Assembly: GCA_963727625.1 (NCBI GenBank)
Contig: CAVSHR010000012.1
Span: forward strand, 32,001-96,000
Length of the DNA stretch: 64,000 nt
Direction of reading: 5' to 3'
Source: an uncultured delta proteobacterium
GTDB lineage: Bacteria > Desulfobacterota > Binatia > UBA9968
Shown here piece by piece: positions 49,401 to 60,121 of this stretch (position 1 is its first letter; each line of letters begins with the position of its first letter). The position numbers and the translations under genes were made by a program. Below the pieces are notes generated by a model. The model saw only the letters and a list, made by a program, of their open reading frames with translations, was not told the DNA's origin and searched no databases.

Positions 49401-49783
49401 TCGATGCGCCCGGCGCCGTGCCGCCCGAACAGAGCGCGCTGGAGCGCCTGTCGCAGTCGCAGCAGCAGATGCAATCATCGATGCAACAGATGGCGCAGCG
49501 CGGCCAGCTCGGCAATATGCCGGTGACCCGGCTGTTCCGCCGAGGCGGGCGCTTTCTTCCCTATGGATCGATGATGCCCCTGCCCGGCATGCCGCAGTTT
49601 CCTGAGTTTGAAATCGAAAACGGCTTTACCGGATTGGACACCGAAAAATTCCGCTTGCCGGGCAAGGACGAATACAAGGCGCCGCGCAATTTCCGCGAAG
49701 AAATCCTAGAATCGCTCAAGCAGGGCGTGCCACCGCAAATGAAAGAACAGATCGAGCGCTATTTCAAAAATCTTTCCGAGTGA
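46469..49783 (+). CDS. DUF4175-like large membrane-anchored coiled-coil protein
   Basis: N-terminal TMs, PPAYT, ARDDFGI, DNDTISGPK, Gln/Met-rich coiled coil, C-terminal ERYFKNL. Confidence 0.8.
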   Translation: MGQEEYQELSSFLKRFIRRLKLLQGLEGLCLTAICALLLLALGPGVFELKNLFPYAPLAYSFVTAVVLAAVVSWSLFRLLRRLSQERAAFYIEQKQPKLRNNLINSLQLYPQVSEAKNAPGFSASMVLALLRTTRHQVATLKMDQLIDSQRLKAGLRLFVLLLMPVTAMLLFNPAWVGGTISMLTRPLDHLPPSQTTIAIEPRGLRVVRGAPVTIQAATSGAIPESLELVTWTGINEHGEVIGAEKIPMEKLGGGKFTAKIARLEKSLRYRAVTGAFTSATYAAEAVDAPEIANVRLILYPPAYTALGSVSVPEGSVEGLRGSTLHLNAVTTQDVVKAEIVMDDGKKIPLKIAGRKLQANLVLFQSQSYRILVEDAHGFRNSPITYELRVKPDGFPTVELLQPTADLEVNGDEILALEYGARDDFGIAEVALVVKVGDREDKISLQKGDGKRLIVRDQYKWDLGRLALRDGEEAIFFLQVYDNDTISGPKIGISNSVRLKLKNLKGEHQQLAEMVNDLNRRMVDLLADHLETPVPGEKPLTAAQAMEKKFEQNLAEALKRTEEVMARTEKDRMSDFATWTDLQALKRNLEFTKDELLRKQERAETNNDKLKARDDIAAELERMSLLSEDIGKRMKAQELASTAQDLARTQERLMDALDKLQTGDKNLDAIMKQIAEMSKTLDALQRAASQLAQQMPDDFMNPEAMQGLGFNDMQRALDEIRKKLQAGDIEGARQLARELFNQMAQMVAALQNAQRSAMASGMGRMQGEMQRQSNELQEIAREQQEILVKTEGVKNSALSERDAALKNRLERFLEKAVAELGQLTEQFPDREGPDDPSLLANMDDATMNSLLKNLIAKLSNKDFPGFKEGEGFTRKELAKKRSAAQEPRAQRAEKSLDSIKANLESLLGEPVRALNDAEKRELRDLAHRQDVLRERTNELHEKLESLFQLFPQLDPKIVQNIGEAGKSMGSAHNRLGQLDAPGAVPPEQSALERLSQSQQQMQSSMQQMAQRGQLGNMPVTRLFRRGGRFLPYGSMMPLPGMPQFPEFEIENGFTGLDTEKFRLPGKDEYKAPRNFREEILESLKQGVPPQMKEQIERYFKNLSE

Positions 49784-49790
49784 TTTCCCG

Positions 49791-51380
49791 TTGAAGTATC
49801 GATTGTCGCTTTTCCCCGCTCTTTTGATCGGCTTGTTTTTGACGGTTCAGGCGCGTAGCGCCGAGGTCGATCCGAAGTTCAAGGCGGGCGAGGAACTGCT
49901 CGACGCCTGGCGCATTGCGCAGGCCGAAGAGGCCGCCGCCCAAGCCTTGAAGGAAAATCCCAAGTCCGCCGACGCCCTGGATTTCGACGCCCGGGTAAAG
50001 TTTTATCAAGGCCGCTATGCCGAGGCGCTGGCAGTGCTCGAGCGCGCCCTGGCGATCGACTCATCGAGCCAGCGGCGCCAGGCGCTCAAGCTCTTCAGCC
50101 AGCTCACCCTTGATGTGCACAAGAACTTGAAACGCTTCGAGAGCGCCCATTTCATCTTGTTCCTCGACGATAAGCGCGACGGCATCCTGGCGCCTCTGGC
50201 GCTCGACGCCCTGGAAAAGAGCTATCAAGCCACCGGCGCGGAGCTTGGCTATTATCCGAAAGAAAAAGTGCGCGTCGAGATCGCTCCCGACGCCACCAGC
50301 TTCAACGCCATCTCGACCCTGTCACTGCGCGACATCGAAGAGACCGGCGCCGTCGGCATCTGTAAGTTCAACAAGCTGATGATCATTTCGCCGCGCGCCT
50401 TGAGCTTCGGTTACCGCTGGCTCGATTCGCTCAGCCATGAATACCAACACTATGCCATCGTCGGCCTGAGCAATAATCAAGCGCCGATCTGGCTGCATGA
50501 GGGCATGGCGCGCTTTTACGAAACCCGCTGGCGCAAACCGGCGCCGCCGGCCGACGCCGCCGAGGATTATCTCACACCGGCCAATCAGACGCTGCTGGTG
50601 CACGCGCTGGCCAAGAATGAATTCGTCGGCTTCAAAAAGATGGAGCCGTCCTTGATCCATCTCGACACGCCGGAGCAGGTTCAGCTCGCCTACGCGGAAG
50701 CCGCTTCGGCGGTGGATTTTATCAATCAGAGCAAAGGGCGCTCCGGCATCCGCGAGCTGCTCGGCACGCTCAACGACAAGCCCACGCCGCAAGCCATCGA
50801 GCAAGTCTACGGCCTGTCCTTCGACGCCTTCGAAACGAAGTGGAAAGGTTTTCTCAAAGCCAAGGGGCTTAAAGAAATCGAGGGCAGCCGGGTGCGCCGA
50901 CTGAAAGTCAAAAAAGACGGCCGCGAAGACGAGGACGTGGTGGAGCTCCGAGAAATTCAATCCGCGGTGGCGCGCAACCGCACCCATCTGGCGGATCAGT
51001 TGCTCGAACGGGGGCGCACGGTGGCCGCCGCCAACGAGTATCAACGCGCCTTGCAGGTGAGCCCGTACTCGCCGATCATTCTCAACAAGCTCGGCCGGGT
51101 GATGATCGCGATGAATCGCCCCGACGAGGCCCTGCCGCTGTTCAAGAAATCCTTAGACGTTGACCCGGACAATGCCAACGCCTACGTGCAATTGGGCCGC
51201 ACCTATTACGCGACGAAGAATTTCAAGGAGAGCCGCGCCGCCCTCGAAGAAGCGATTCAGATCAATCCGTTCAACCCGCTGATCTACCGTTTGCTGACCG
51301 AAGCCTACGCAGCGCTCGGCGAGCAGGAGAAGGCTCGGCTCGCCAAGGCCACTCTGGACCGGCTCGTCGCCGCGAATTAA
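49791..51380 (+). CDS. TPR protein with peptidase MA-like (gluzincin) domain
   Basis: LSHEYQH, PIWLHEG; flanking TPR repeats; signal peptide. Confidence 0.82.
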   Translation: MKYRLSLFPALLIGLFLTVQARSAEVDPKFKAGEELLDAWRIAQAEEAAAQALKENPKSADALDFDARVKFYQGRYAEALAVLERALAIDSSSQRRQALKLFSQLTLDVHKNLKRFESAHFILFLDDKRDGILAPLALDALEKSYQATGAELGYYPKEKVRVEIAPDATSFNAISTLSLRDIEETGAVGICKFNKLMIISPRALSFGYRWLDSLSHEYQHYAIVGLSNNQAPIWLHEGMARFYETRWRKPAPPADAAEDYLTPANQTLLVHALAKNEFVGFKKMEPSLIHLDTPEQVQLAYAEAASAVDFINQSKGRSGIRELLGTLNDKPTPQAIEQVYGLSFDAFETKWKGFLKAKGLKEIEGSRVRRLKVKKDGREDEDVVELREIQSAVARNRTHLADQLLERGRTVAAANEYQRALQVSPYSPIILNKLGRVMIAMNRPDEALPLFKKSLDVDPDNANAYVQLGRTYYATKNFKESRAALEEAIQINPFNPLIYRLLTEAYAALGEQEKARLAKATLDRLVAAN

Positions 51381-51395
51381 TACAGAAAAAAAAGG

Positions 51396-52430
<1,035 letters not shown>

Positions 52431-52495
52431 GATTCCAGATTACAGATTCAAAATTCCAACTCCCGATGCAATCTGGAATCTGTAATTTAGCATTC
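52431..52495. repeat. Intergenic 7-nt periodic palindrome
   Basis: GATTCCA GATTACA GATTCAA AATTCCA ... ATCTGGA ATCTGTA ATTTAGC. Confidence 0.7.
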
Positions 52496-53011
52496 TTGAA
52501 AATACTTTTCCCCGGCCGCTGTCAAACTCTTTTCATCTGCGGCATCGAGGTACGCGGCGGTGCCGAATTTCAGCGGCGCACTCAAGAGGCGCTCGCGCTC
52601 TTGCAGCCATTGCCTGAGTTCGCGCTCATCCGCGCCCATCTCGGCCTGATACGCCAGGGTCAGCGAAGCGGCATGCGAGCCTGGGCAAAGCCGCCGACTT
52701 TCACCGTCGGCGCGCCGACGTGGAACCATTCTGCGCCGTGGTACGCCGGCGCGATCGCCCACGATGCCTATCATGCCAAACTCTACCGGGACGTGAAACT
52801 TGCCCATCCGGCGGTGGAACCCCATGCCGATGCCTGGACCGGTGCGGCGGCAGAGAAAGCCTGCTTGGCGTTTCAGCGCCAAGTGTTGGCGGCCCTCCAC
52901 GCCGCGCCGTCGGTCATCGAGTACGTCGAAGCGCACGATCGAAATCCCACCTATCAAGGCCGCAACCAGGGCTGGAGAGGCCGGCTAGATTATCTCAAAC
53001 GCTGGTGGTAG
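52466..53011 (+). CDS. Hypothetical protein with zincin-like HDxxH motif
   Basis: YAGAIAHDAYH..E..C; start uncertain; sits between moxR and DUF58. Confidence 0.6.
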   Translation: MQSGICNLAFLKILFPGRCQTLFICGIEVRGGAEFQRRTQEALALLQPLPEFALIRAHLGLIRQGQRSGMRAWAKPPTFTVGAPTWNHSAPWYAGAIAHDAYHAKLYRDVKLAHPAVEPHADAWTGAAAEKACLAFQRQVLAALHAAPSVIEYVEAHDRNPTYQGRNQGWRGRLDYLKRWW

Positions 53012-53109
53012 AGGTGAGCCAATGAGAGCCGGTGAATTCGAGAATCGAAATTTATAAACAGCCGCTCTCGAACAGCGCTCATCCATCATCGACGATCATC
53101 ATTAAAAAC

Positions 53110-54000
53110 ATGGCCGACGCCGACAAAAATTATTTCGATCCCAAGGTTCTCGCGGGGATTTCAAACCTTTATCTGCGCGCCCGCTGGGTGGTTGAAGGGA
53201 TGATGTCGGGCATCCATAGAAGCCGCGCCAAAGGTTTCAGCGTCGAGTTCGAAGAACACCGCGAGTATTCGCCGGGCGACGAAATCCGCCGCATCGACTG
53301 GAAGGCGCTGGGCAAGTTCGACCGCTATTTCATCAAAGAGTACGAAGACGAAACCAACCTGCGCGCTTTCCTGTTGCTCGACGCCAGCGCGTCGATGAAC
53401 TACGCCTCAAACGGGGTTACGAAATTCGATTACGCCTGCACGCTGACGGCGTCGCTCGCCTATCTGATTCTCAGGCAGCAAGACGCGGCCGGCGTGGTGA
53501 TCTTCTCCGATCGCATTGACACTTTCATTCCGCCGCGCGCCAAGCGCGATTATCTGATGCAGATCCTTCACGCCCTGGAGAAGCGCCACCCCGGCGGTGA
53601 AACCAACGTAGGCAAAATTCTCGACGACATCGCCGGCCAGGTCAAACGGCGCGGCCTGATCGTTTTGGTCTCTGATCTGCTCGACGAGCCGGCGGAGATT
53701 CTCAAGGGCCTGCGCCAGTTTCGCTTTAAAGGCAACGACGTGATCGTCTTTCACCTGCTCGATCCGGCGGAGCTCAACTTGCCCTTTGACGGCAATATTT
53801 TGTTCGAAGATCTGGAAGCGGCAAGTTTACAGGTCGTCACCGACCCGCGCGCGATCCGCGCAACCTACCAGCAGGTGGTGCAGGAGTTCATCACCGACAT
53901 GCGCAAGCAATGTCATGACGACGCCATCGATTATCAATTGATCTCGACAGCGACACCGTTGGACCAGGCCCTGGCGAGCTATTTAAGCTGGAGAGGCTGA
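53110..54000 (+). CDS. DUF58 domain protein
   Basis: GFSVEFEEHREYSPGD, IDWK, LDASASM, VSDLLD. Confidence 0.92.
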   Translation: MADADKNYFDPKVLAGISNLYLRARWVVEGMMSGIHRSRAKGFSVEFEEHREYSPGDEIRRIDWKALGKFDRYFIKEYEDETNLRAFLLLDASASMNYASNGVTKFDYACTLTASLAYLILRQQDAAGVVIFSDRIDTFIPPRAKRDYLMQILHALEKRHPGGETNVGKILDDIAGQVKRRGLIVLVSDLLDEPAEILKGLRQFRFKGNDVIVFHLLDPAELNLPFDGNILFEDLEAASLQVVTDPRAIRATYQQVVQEFITDMRKQCHDDAIDYQLISTATPLDQALASYLSWRG

Positions 54001-54005
54001 GGCGC

Positions 54006-56102
54006 ATGTCGGTTTTTTTTCTCTATCCGGCGTTTCTGTTCGGCCTGCTCGCGGCGTCGCTGCCGGTATTGATACACCTTTTGAATCGACGCCGGCTGCA
54101 GCGCATTCGCTTTCCCGCGGTACGCTTCATCCTGCTGTCGCAAAAGCGCATTTCGCGCAGCTACCGTCTGCGTCACTGGTTGCTGCTAGCGCTCCGCACC
54201 CTGGCGGTCATTCTGCTCGTGCTGTTGCTCGCCAATCCGATTTTTCAAACCGGTGCCGGACTATTCGCAGGCAGCGGTTCAGTCTCGGCGGTGCTCTTGT
54301 TGGACAATTCGTTGAGCATGACCTGGAGCGGCGACGGCAACGGCTTTAAACAGGCCAAGGACGCCGCCCGGTTGTTGATCTCCGCGCTCGATGAAGGCGA
54401 TCGCGCCGCGCTTTTGCCGACCAATATCAGCGGCAAAGAAGTGTTTCGACTCAAGAGCCAGAAAAACGTACTGTCGCGCGAGCTCGACGCGATCGAGATC
54501 GCCGACGGCACGGCCGATTGGCCGGCCGCCCTCGACAAAGCCTACGAATTGTTAAGTGCGCCGGCCGGACAAAAAGAAATTCGCTTGATCACCGATATGG
54601 GGCTTACCGGCTGGGATCAATTTTCCGTGGCAGCGCTCAAACGGGTCGATCCGTCGATCCCGATCAAATTGCTCCGCGTCGGCCGCAAACAGAAACCGCT
54701 CAACGGCAGTATCAAGGAAATCCGCCTAGCCGGCCAGGGCGTCGGCGTTGACATTCCGCTCCGAATTGAAGCGAGTTTGAGCAATTTTGCCGACCAGGAA
54801 ATCAAGGATATTTTGGTGCAGCTAAATATCGACGGCCAGAGCAAGGAACAAAAACTCGCCACGGTGCCGCCCAAAGGGGAGACCACGGTGAATTTTCAGA
54901 CCCGCGTGAGCCAAGCGGGCGCACATAGGGGTGCGGTGATTCTCAAGAAAAACGGGCTCGCCGGCAATCGAGTTGCCAATTTCACTCTCGACGCCCAAGA
55001 CAAACTTAAAGTGCTGGTCGTCGACGGCGATCCGCAGACTGCGCTAGTGCAGAGCGAGAGTTTTTTTCTGAGCCGCGCGCTCAATCCCTCGGGCGAGCGC
55101 GACTCGTCGCTTTTTCTGCCCACGGTGATCGTCCCCGACGGCCTCAACGCAGCCGCGCTGGATCCCTACCAAGTGGTATTTTTATGCAATGTCGCTACCC
55201 TGCCGGACGCTTTCGTCGCCAAGCTGCAAATCTTCGTGCGCCAGGGCGGCGGTTTGCTCATCTACGGCGGCGATAAGCTGCAAGCCGGGAGCTACAATCA
55301 GAAATTGGCGCAGATTGTACCCGCCGAGCTGCGCGAGAAAAAAACCGGCCCGGAAGCCAACGGCGAAAAGGTCGCCAAACTCGATGTCACCCATCCGGCG
55401 CTGCAGATTTTTAGCGATCCGATTTTGCTCGAATCGCTCAAGTCCGCGCGGGTCTGGGGCTACACGCGCGCAGTCGCCCGCGGCAGAGCGCCTCTCATGG
55501 CGCTTGCCAACGGCGACCCGCTGCTGCTCGAACAGAGCGTCGGCAGCGGTAAAGTGATGCTGATCACCACCACGGCCGACCGCGATTGGACCGATTTGCC
55601 GTTGAAAACCGTCTATCTGCCGTTGCTGCAATCGCTCACGCAGTATCTTGCCGGCGGCAAGCGCGGCCGCTTAGACCCTGGTATTGTCGTCGGCACGGCG
55701 AAAGAAATCGCCCTGCCGCCGGCGTTGGTCGGCAAAACCTTGCGGGTGATCAAACCGAACAAGCAAGCCAGCGAAGTGCCGATCGTCGGCGTGAAAGAGC
55801 GCGCCGTCGCAACCATCACCGACAACGATCGCGCCGGCATCTATCGACTGGCATTTCCCGCCGGGGGCGAAAAGGACACGGCGGTAACGCCGCTTTACGC
55901 CGCCAATTCGCCGTTTCTTGAATCCCGCCTGGAGGAGATCGGCGAACGGGCGTTGCAAGCCAAGCTGGCGCCGATCCGCGCCGAAGTCATTCCCGTCGAG
56001 GCGATCAAGGAAGGCGGCAAGCGCACCGATCTGGCGCTTCCCCTGCTCGCGATGCTGATTGTAACTCTGCTGCTCGAAGGCTGGTTGGGTCAAAGATTTT
56101 AG
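54006..56102 (+). CDS. BatA N-terminal double-TM + vWA domain protein
   Basis: LPVLIHLLNRR..FPAVRF, LDNSLSM (MIDAS), C-terminal LLLEGWL. Confidence 0.88.
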   Translation: MSVFFLYPAFLFGLLAASLPVLIHLLNRRRLQRIRFPAVRFILLSQKRISRSYRLRHWLLLALRTLAVILLVLLLANPIFQTGAGLFAGSGSVSAVLLLDNSLSMTWSGDGNGFKQAKDAARLLISALDEGDRAALLPTNISGKEVFRLKSQKNVLSRELDAIEIADGTADWPAALDKAYELLSAPAGQKEIRLITDMGLTGWDQFSVAALKRVDPSIPIKLLRVGRKQKPLNGSIKEIRLAGQGVGVDIPLRIEASLSNFADQEIKDILVQLNIDGQSKEQKLATVPPKGETTVNFQTRVSQAGAHRGAVILKKNGLAGNRVANFTLDAQDKLKVLVVDGDPQTALVQSESFFLSRALNPSGERDSSLFLPTVIVPDGLNAAALDPYQVVFLCNVATLPDAFVAKLQIFVRQGGGLLIYGGDKLQAGSYNQKLAQIVPAELREKKTGPEANGEKVAKLDVTHPALQIFSDPILLESLKSARVWGYTRAVARGRAPLMALANGDPLLLEQSVGSGKVMLITTTADRDWTDLPLKTVYLPLLQSLTQYLAGGKRGRLDPGIVVGTAKEIALPPALVGKTLRVIKPNKQASEVPIVGVKERAVATITDNDRAGIYRLAFPAGGEKDTAVTPLYAANSPFLESRLEEIGERALQAKLAPIRAEVIPVEAIKEGGKRTDLALPLLAMLIVTLLLEGWLGQRF

Positions 56103-56183
56103 AAATTCAAAATTAAAAGTGAAAAATTTAAAAGACGAACATTTGCGAGCGCTTTTTAACTTTGAATTTTTAATCTTCAACTC
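56102..56183. repeat. AT-rich intergenic 7-nt periodic palindrome
   Basis: AAATTCA AAATTAA AAGTGAA AAATTTA ... TTTTAAC TTTGAAT TTTTAAT CTTCAAC. Confidence 0.7.
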
Positions 56184-56186
56184 TTT

Positions 56187-56957
56187 ATGAACCGTCGCAT
56201 TTTCATCCGGATGCTTGCTCAAGGCTTCCTCGGCACCACGTTGTTCCCGCGCGTCTCCAAAGCTGCCCAATCGAGTGACAATCGCCGGCTGCAGTTCGTT
56301 TTTGCCCAGATCAAATATCGCGGCGGCGATTGGAACCCGCATCCGCTTTCGGTGGCGCCGTTGATGGAAGAGCTTATGGCCCGGACCAGTGTCGAAGCCG
56401 CACCGGCCCGCCGGGAAGTGACTTTGACCGATCGCGACCTGTTCAACTATCCGTTTCTTTATCTCACAGGAAAATACGAGTTCGATCCGTTCAGCCCCGA
56501 AGAAATCGAAACCCTGCGCCGCTTTCTCTCTTACGGCGGTTTCCTGTTGATCGACGACGCGCTGGGCCAGCAGCGCTACGGCTTCGATAAGGCCGTGCGG
56601 CGCGAGATCCAGCGGGTCTTTCCGGGCAATGATTTCAAGCGCCTCCCGGCCGGCCATGCCGCCCTGCGCAGTTATTATTTGCTGCGCCGCATCGGCGGTC
56701 TGCGAATCGTCAGCCCGACGCTCGACGCTATCGCCGTCGGCAATTCCACGCCGGTTATTTATTGCCAAAACGATCTCGGCGGCGCCTGGGAGCGCGACCA
56801 GTCGGGACAATTTATCAACGCCTGCACTCCCGGCGGCGAAGCGCAGCGACGCGATGCTTTTCACCTGGGCATCAATCTCGTTCTCTACGCCATGACCGAG
56901 AACTACAAAGAAGATCTGATCCACGTTCCGTTCATTCGTAAAAGGCTCACCCGGTAA
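56187..56957 (+). CDS. DUF4159 domain protein (Tat-like signal)
   Basis: MNRRIF; YPFLYLTG, GGFLLIDD, NDLGGAW, GINLVLYAMT. Confidence 0.85.
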   Translation: MNRRIFIRMLAQGFLGTTLFPRVSKAAQSSDNRRLQFVFAQIKYRGGDWNPHPLSVAPLMEELMARTSVEAAPARREVTLTDRDLFNYPFLYLTGKYEFDPFSPEEIETLRRFLSYGGFLLIDDALGQQRYGFDKAVRREIQRVFPGNDFKRLPAGHAALRSYYLLRRIGGLRIVSPTLDAIAVGNSTPVIYCQNDLGGAWERDQSGQFINACTPGGEAQRRDAFHLGINLVLYAMTENYKEDLIHVPFIRKRLTR

Positions 56958-56960
56958 GTC

Positions 56961-59222
56961 ATGCAGGATCTCTATTTCATCGGCACGCTGCCCTGGTGGT
57001 TGATCGCCCTCGTCGCCATCGGCACCACGGCGTTGTTGGCCCAGCAGTTTCTCGGACTCAAGCGCCGCCTGCCGCTCAGTCAGAGTGGCGTGCTCACGCT
57101 CTTGCGCGCGCTTGTCTACGCCGGTCTGATTTTTTTCCTGCTCGGGCCGGCGCTGATCGACCGGCGCACGACCAAGTTGCGCCGGCCGTTGACCGTGCTC
57201 ATCGACAGCTCGCAGAGCATGGCGTTTCCGGCGAAATCCAAAACCGCGCCCCGGGAAAAAACGCCGATGAGCCGGCTCGACGCCGTGCGCGAAAAACTTA
57301 CCGCCGGGAAAGAGCCGCTGATCGAAAAGCTCAATCGCGACTACGATCTGCGCCTGATTCGCTTCGGCACCAGCTTGGAGCCCATCGCCCCGGGAAGCTT
57401 GGCCGGCCTGCAGCCGCAGGATCCGGGAACCCGGCTGCTCGAGCTGCTGCAAAGCGCCGCGCGCGACGGCAGTGCTCAATCCGCCGTCGTCGTGTTTACC
57501 GACGGCATCACTAACGGCGACCAGAAATCCCTCGCCGGCATGGCGCCGCTGCCTGTGCCGGTGTTCGCGGTCGGCGTCGGCGAGACCGAAGGCTTCATCG
57601 ACGTGCGCATCGCCAAGCTCGGCGCGCCTGAGTTTGCTTTCCGCAGCCGCGAATTCAAAATCGATTTGACGATCCGGGCGTCCGGCATGAAAGGCAAAAC
57701 CGTCCCGCTGTTATTCAATCGCGGCAAAAACCTAATTACCTCCCGGCCGATCGCCATCGATGCCGACGTATTCGAACACAAATTGACCCTCTCCTTCACG
57801 CCGAAAGAGCTCGGCACCTACAGTTTTTCAGTCGGCATTCCGGCGCAATCCGGCGAGCAAATCACCCAGAACAACCAGAAAGCGTTCAAGGTCGAGGTGC
57901 AACGGGACAAAATCCGCGTGCTGACTTTGTCCGGCTCGCCGTCCTGGAACTACCGCTTTCTGCGCATGGCGATGAAACAGGACCCGCTGATCGAGCTGGT
58001 GTCGTTTGTATTCTTGCGCACGCCCACCGACACGGTGGACGTGCCGGAGAACCAACTCAGCCTGATTCCCTTTCCCATCGACGATATCTTTCTCGAGGAG
58101 TTGAAGAACTTCGACGTGATTTTCTTCGACGATTTTTCCCATCGCGCTTATTTTAACCCGGTGTATCTCGAGCGGGTCAGAGACTTCGTGCGCGATGGCG
58201 GCGGGCTCGCCATGCTCGGCGGCACGCGCGGTTTCGACAGCGGCGGCTACGCCGACAGTGCGTTGAAGGAAGTGCTGCCGGTCGAATTGGACGGCAAAGG
58301 GAGCTTCGAGACGCGCACGCCGTTACACGCGGTATTGACCCCCGCCGGTAAGGCCCATCCGATCACCCGCCTGCTAGCAGATCCCAAGGCGAACGAGGAG
58401 GCCTGGCGCAAGCTGCCTGCGCTGACAGGGATGAACCGGGTGCGCGGCGTGCGCGGCGAAACCCTGCTCACGGTCGGTGGCTCGGACGCCTCGAGCAACG
58501 CGCCGCTGCTTGCTGTCGGCCGCTTCGGCAAGGGCAGAACGCTGGCCTTGATGACGGATGACTCCTGGCGTTGGAACTTCATCGCCGTCGGCAACAAGGA
58601 AACCCCGCAGCATCATTTGAAGCTCATGCGCCAGGCGGTGCGCTGGCTCGCCCAGGAGCCGTCCTTCGAACAGGTGCGGTTGCAACCGGTCGCCCATGCC
58701 CAACCAGGCGAAAAGGTCGCCCTCAAGCTGCGTGTGTTGAAAGACGATTTCACTCCGACGCGCCAGGCTTCGGTGCAACTTCGCGTCTTCACTCCCGAGG
58801 GCGAGCCCATTCCCGTTCCTGCCGGTGCCGATGCCGAAGAGGGCGATTACAGCGGCGAATTCACGCCCACGCGGGAAGGCAGCTACCGCGTGGAAGCGGA
58901 AGCCAGTCTAGGCGGCAAAGTGCTGGGTAAAGATAGAACCAGTTTCACCGCCGCCTATTTCTACGGAGAAGCCGACGATGGCCGGCCGCATCTCGACCTG
59001 CTCAAGCAAATCGCCGAGTCGAGCAAAGGCGAATACATCCCGATCGCCGAATGGAACGAAAAGTCGCTGGAGAAAATCGCCGCGCGATTGGAAAGCGTTG
59101 CGCCTTCCGACATCGTCGAGCAACGTCAAACCCGGTTGTGGAACAATTTCTGGCCGTTCGCGATCATCCTCGCGTTGCTCAGCGTCGAATGGTGGATGAG
59201 AAGGAAGTGGGGGCTGATTTAG
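56961..59222 (+). CDS. Membrane protein with vWA-like and class I glutamine amidotransferase-like domains
   Basis: IDSSQSM, FTDG, GGGLAMLGG, VLPVE, GKGR, SWRW, VEWWMRRKWG. Confidence 0.85.
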   Translation: MQDLYFIGTLPWWLIALVAIGTTALLAQQFLGLKRRLPLSQSGVLTLLRALVYAGLIFFLLGPALIDRRTTKLRRPLTVLIDSSQSMAFPAKSKTAPREKTPMSRLDAVREKLTAGKEPLIEKLNRDYDLRLIRFGTSLEPIAPGSLAGLQPQDPGTRLLELLQSAARDGSAQSAVVVFTDGITNGDQKSLAGMAPLPVPVFAVGVGETEGFIDVRIAKLGAPEFAFRSREFKIDLTIRASGMKGKTVPLLFNRGKNLITSRPIAIDADVFEHKLTLSFTPKELGTYSFSVGIPAQSGEQITQNNQKAFKVEVQRDKIRVLTLSGSPSWNYRFLRMAMKQDPLIELVSFVFLRTPTDTVDVPENQLSLIPFPIDDIFLEELKNFDVIFFDDFSHRAYFNPVYLERVRDFVRDGGGLAMLGGTRGFDSGGYADSALKEVLPVELDGKGSFETRTPLHAVLTPAGKAHPITRLLADPKANEEAWRKLPALTGMNRVRGVRGETLLTVGGSDASSNAPLLAVGRFGKGRTLALMTDDSWRWNFIAVGNKETPQHHLKLMRQAVRWLAQEPSFEQVRLQPVAHAQPGEKVALKLRVLKDDFTPTRQASVQLRVFTPEGEPIPVPAGADAEEGDYSGEFTPTREGSYRVEAEASLGGKVLGKDRTSFTAAYFYGEADDGRPHLDLLKQIAESSKGEYIPIAEWNEKSLEKIAARLESVAPSDIVEQRQTRLWNNFWPFAIILALLSVEWWMRRKWGLI

Positions 59223-59281
59223 TCACGAGTGACGAGTGCTGAGACTGAGTTAGGAATTTTCGGATTTTCAATTCATAATTT
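59221..59281. repeat. Intergenic ~7-nt periodic sequence
   Basis: AGTCACG AGTGACG AGTGCTG AGACTG AGT... following the GATase-like gene stop. Confidence 0.5.
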
Positions 59282-59311
59282 CGCCAAAACTGAAGCCATA
59301 GACAAAAGTCC

Positions 59312-60121
59312 ATGATCGTGCCGAGCAATCGACGCATAGTCATTCGAATGAAATGGCTAGTTGTCGCGATGTTGATCGTAACGCCGCGGCTTGCGTGGAG
59401 CTTCTGCCACGAGCTCGACGTTGTTCAAGGCAAGATTTTCCGTGCCGCCGCCGGACCGGCGCCGGCGGTGGCCATCGAGTGGTTCGGCCACTCGACTTTT
59501 CAAATCACGTCGTCAAAGGGCACGCGGGTGCTCACCGATCCGCACGGTGCGTTCGACCTGCCCCACCCCACTTTGCCGCAACATATTGTCACCACGAGCC
59601 ACCAGCACGGCCCGCACAGCGCCGTCGAAATGGCGCTGGGCACGCCGGCCATTTTGCACGGCCTCACGCCGAGCGGGGATAACTGGAAAAAAATCTCAAC
59701 GACGATCCGCGACGTTTCGGTTTACGTCGTGCCGGCGTACCATGACAAGAGCCACGGCCTGCAGCGCGGCAAGAATGCGATCTTTGTTTTTCGCATCGAC
59801 GATATCTGCATCGCTCATCTGGGCGACCTCGGCCACCTGCTTACGCCCGATCAGCTCAAGATGATGGGCAAGATCGATATTTTGCTTGTGCCCATCGCCG
59901 GCGGCTATTACACCGTCACGCCGGCCGAAGCGCGCGAAGTCACCAAGCAGGTCAATCCCAAGATCGCCATCCCGATGCATTTTTGGTGGGAGCAGGCCGT
60001 GCAGCAGTACACCCAAGGCATGACCAGAGTCAAAATGCTCAGCACGCCGGTGCTAAAAATCTCCAAGCCGGAATTGCCAAAACCGATCGAGACGATCGTG
60101 TTGCCCTGGGGGCAACGGTAA
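59312..60121 (+). CDS. Exported MBL-fold metallo-hydrolase
   Basis: WFGHSTF, TDP, SHQHGPH, AYHD, HLGDLG, IPMH. Confidence 0.85.
   Translation: MIVPSNRRIVIRMKWLVVAMLIVTPRLAWSFCHELDVVQGKIFRAAAGPAPAVAIEWFGHSTFQITSSKGTRVLTDPHGAFDLPHPTLPQHIVTTSHQHGPHSAVEMALGTPAILHGLTPSGDNWKKISTTIRDVSVYVVPAYHDKSHGLQRGKNAIFVFRIDDICIAHLGDLGHLLTPDQLKMMGKIDILLVPIAGGYYTVTPAEAREVTKQVNPKIAIPMHFWWEQAVQQYTQGMTRVKMLSTPVLKISKPELPKPIETIVLPWGQR

Noticed and set aside
55671-57479. 602-aa antisense ORF
   Set aside because: Antisense shadow across three genuine plus-strand genes
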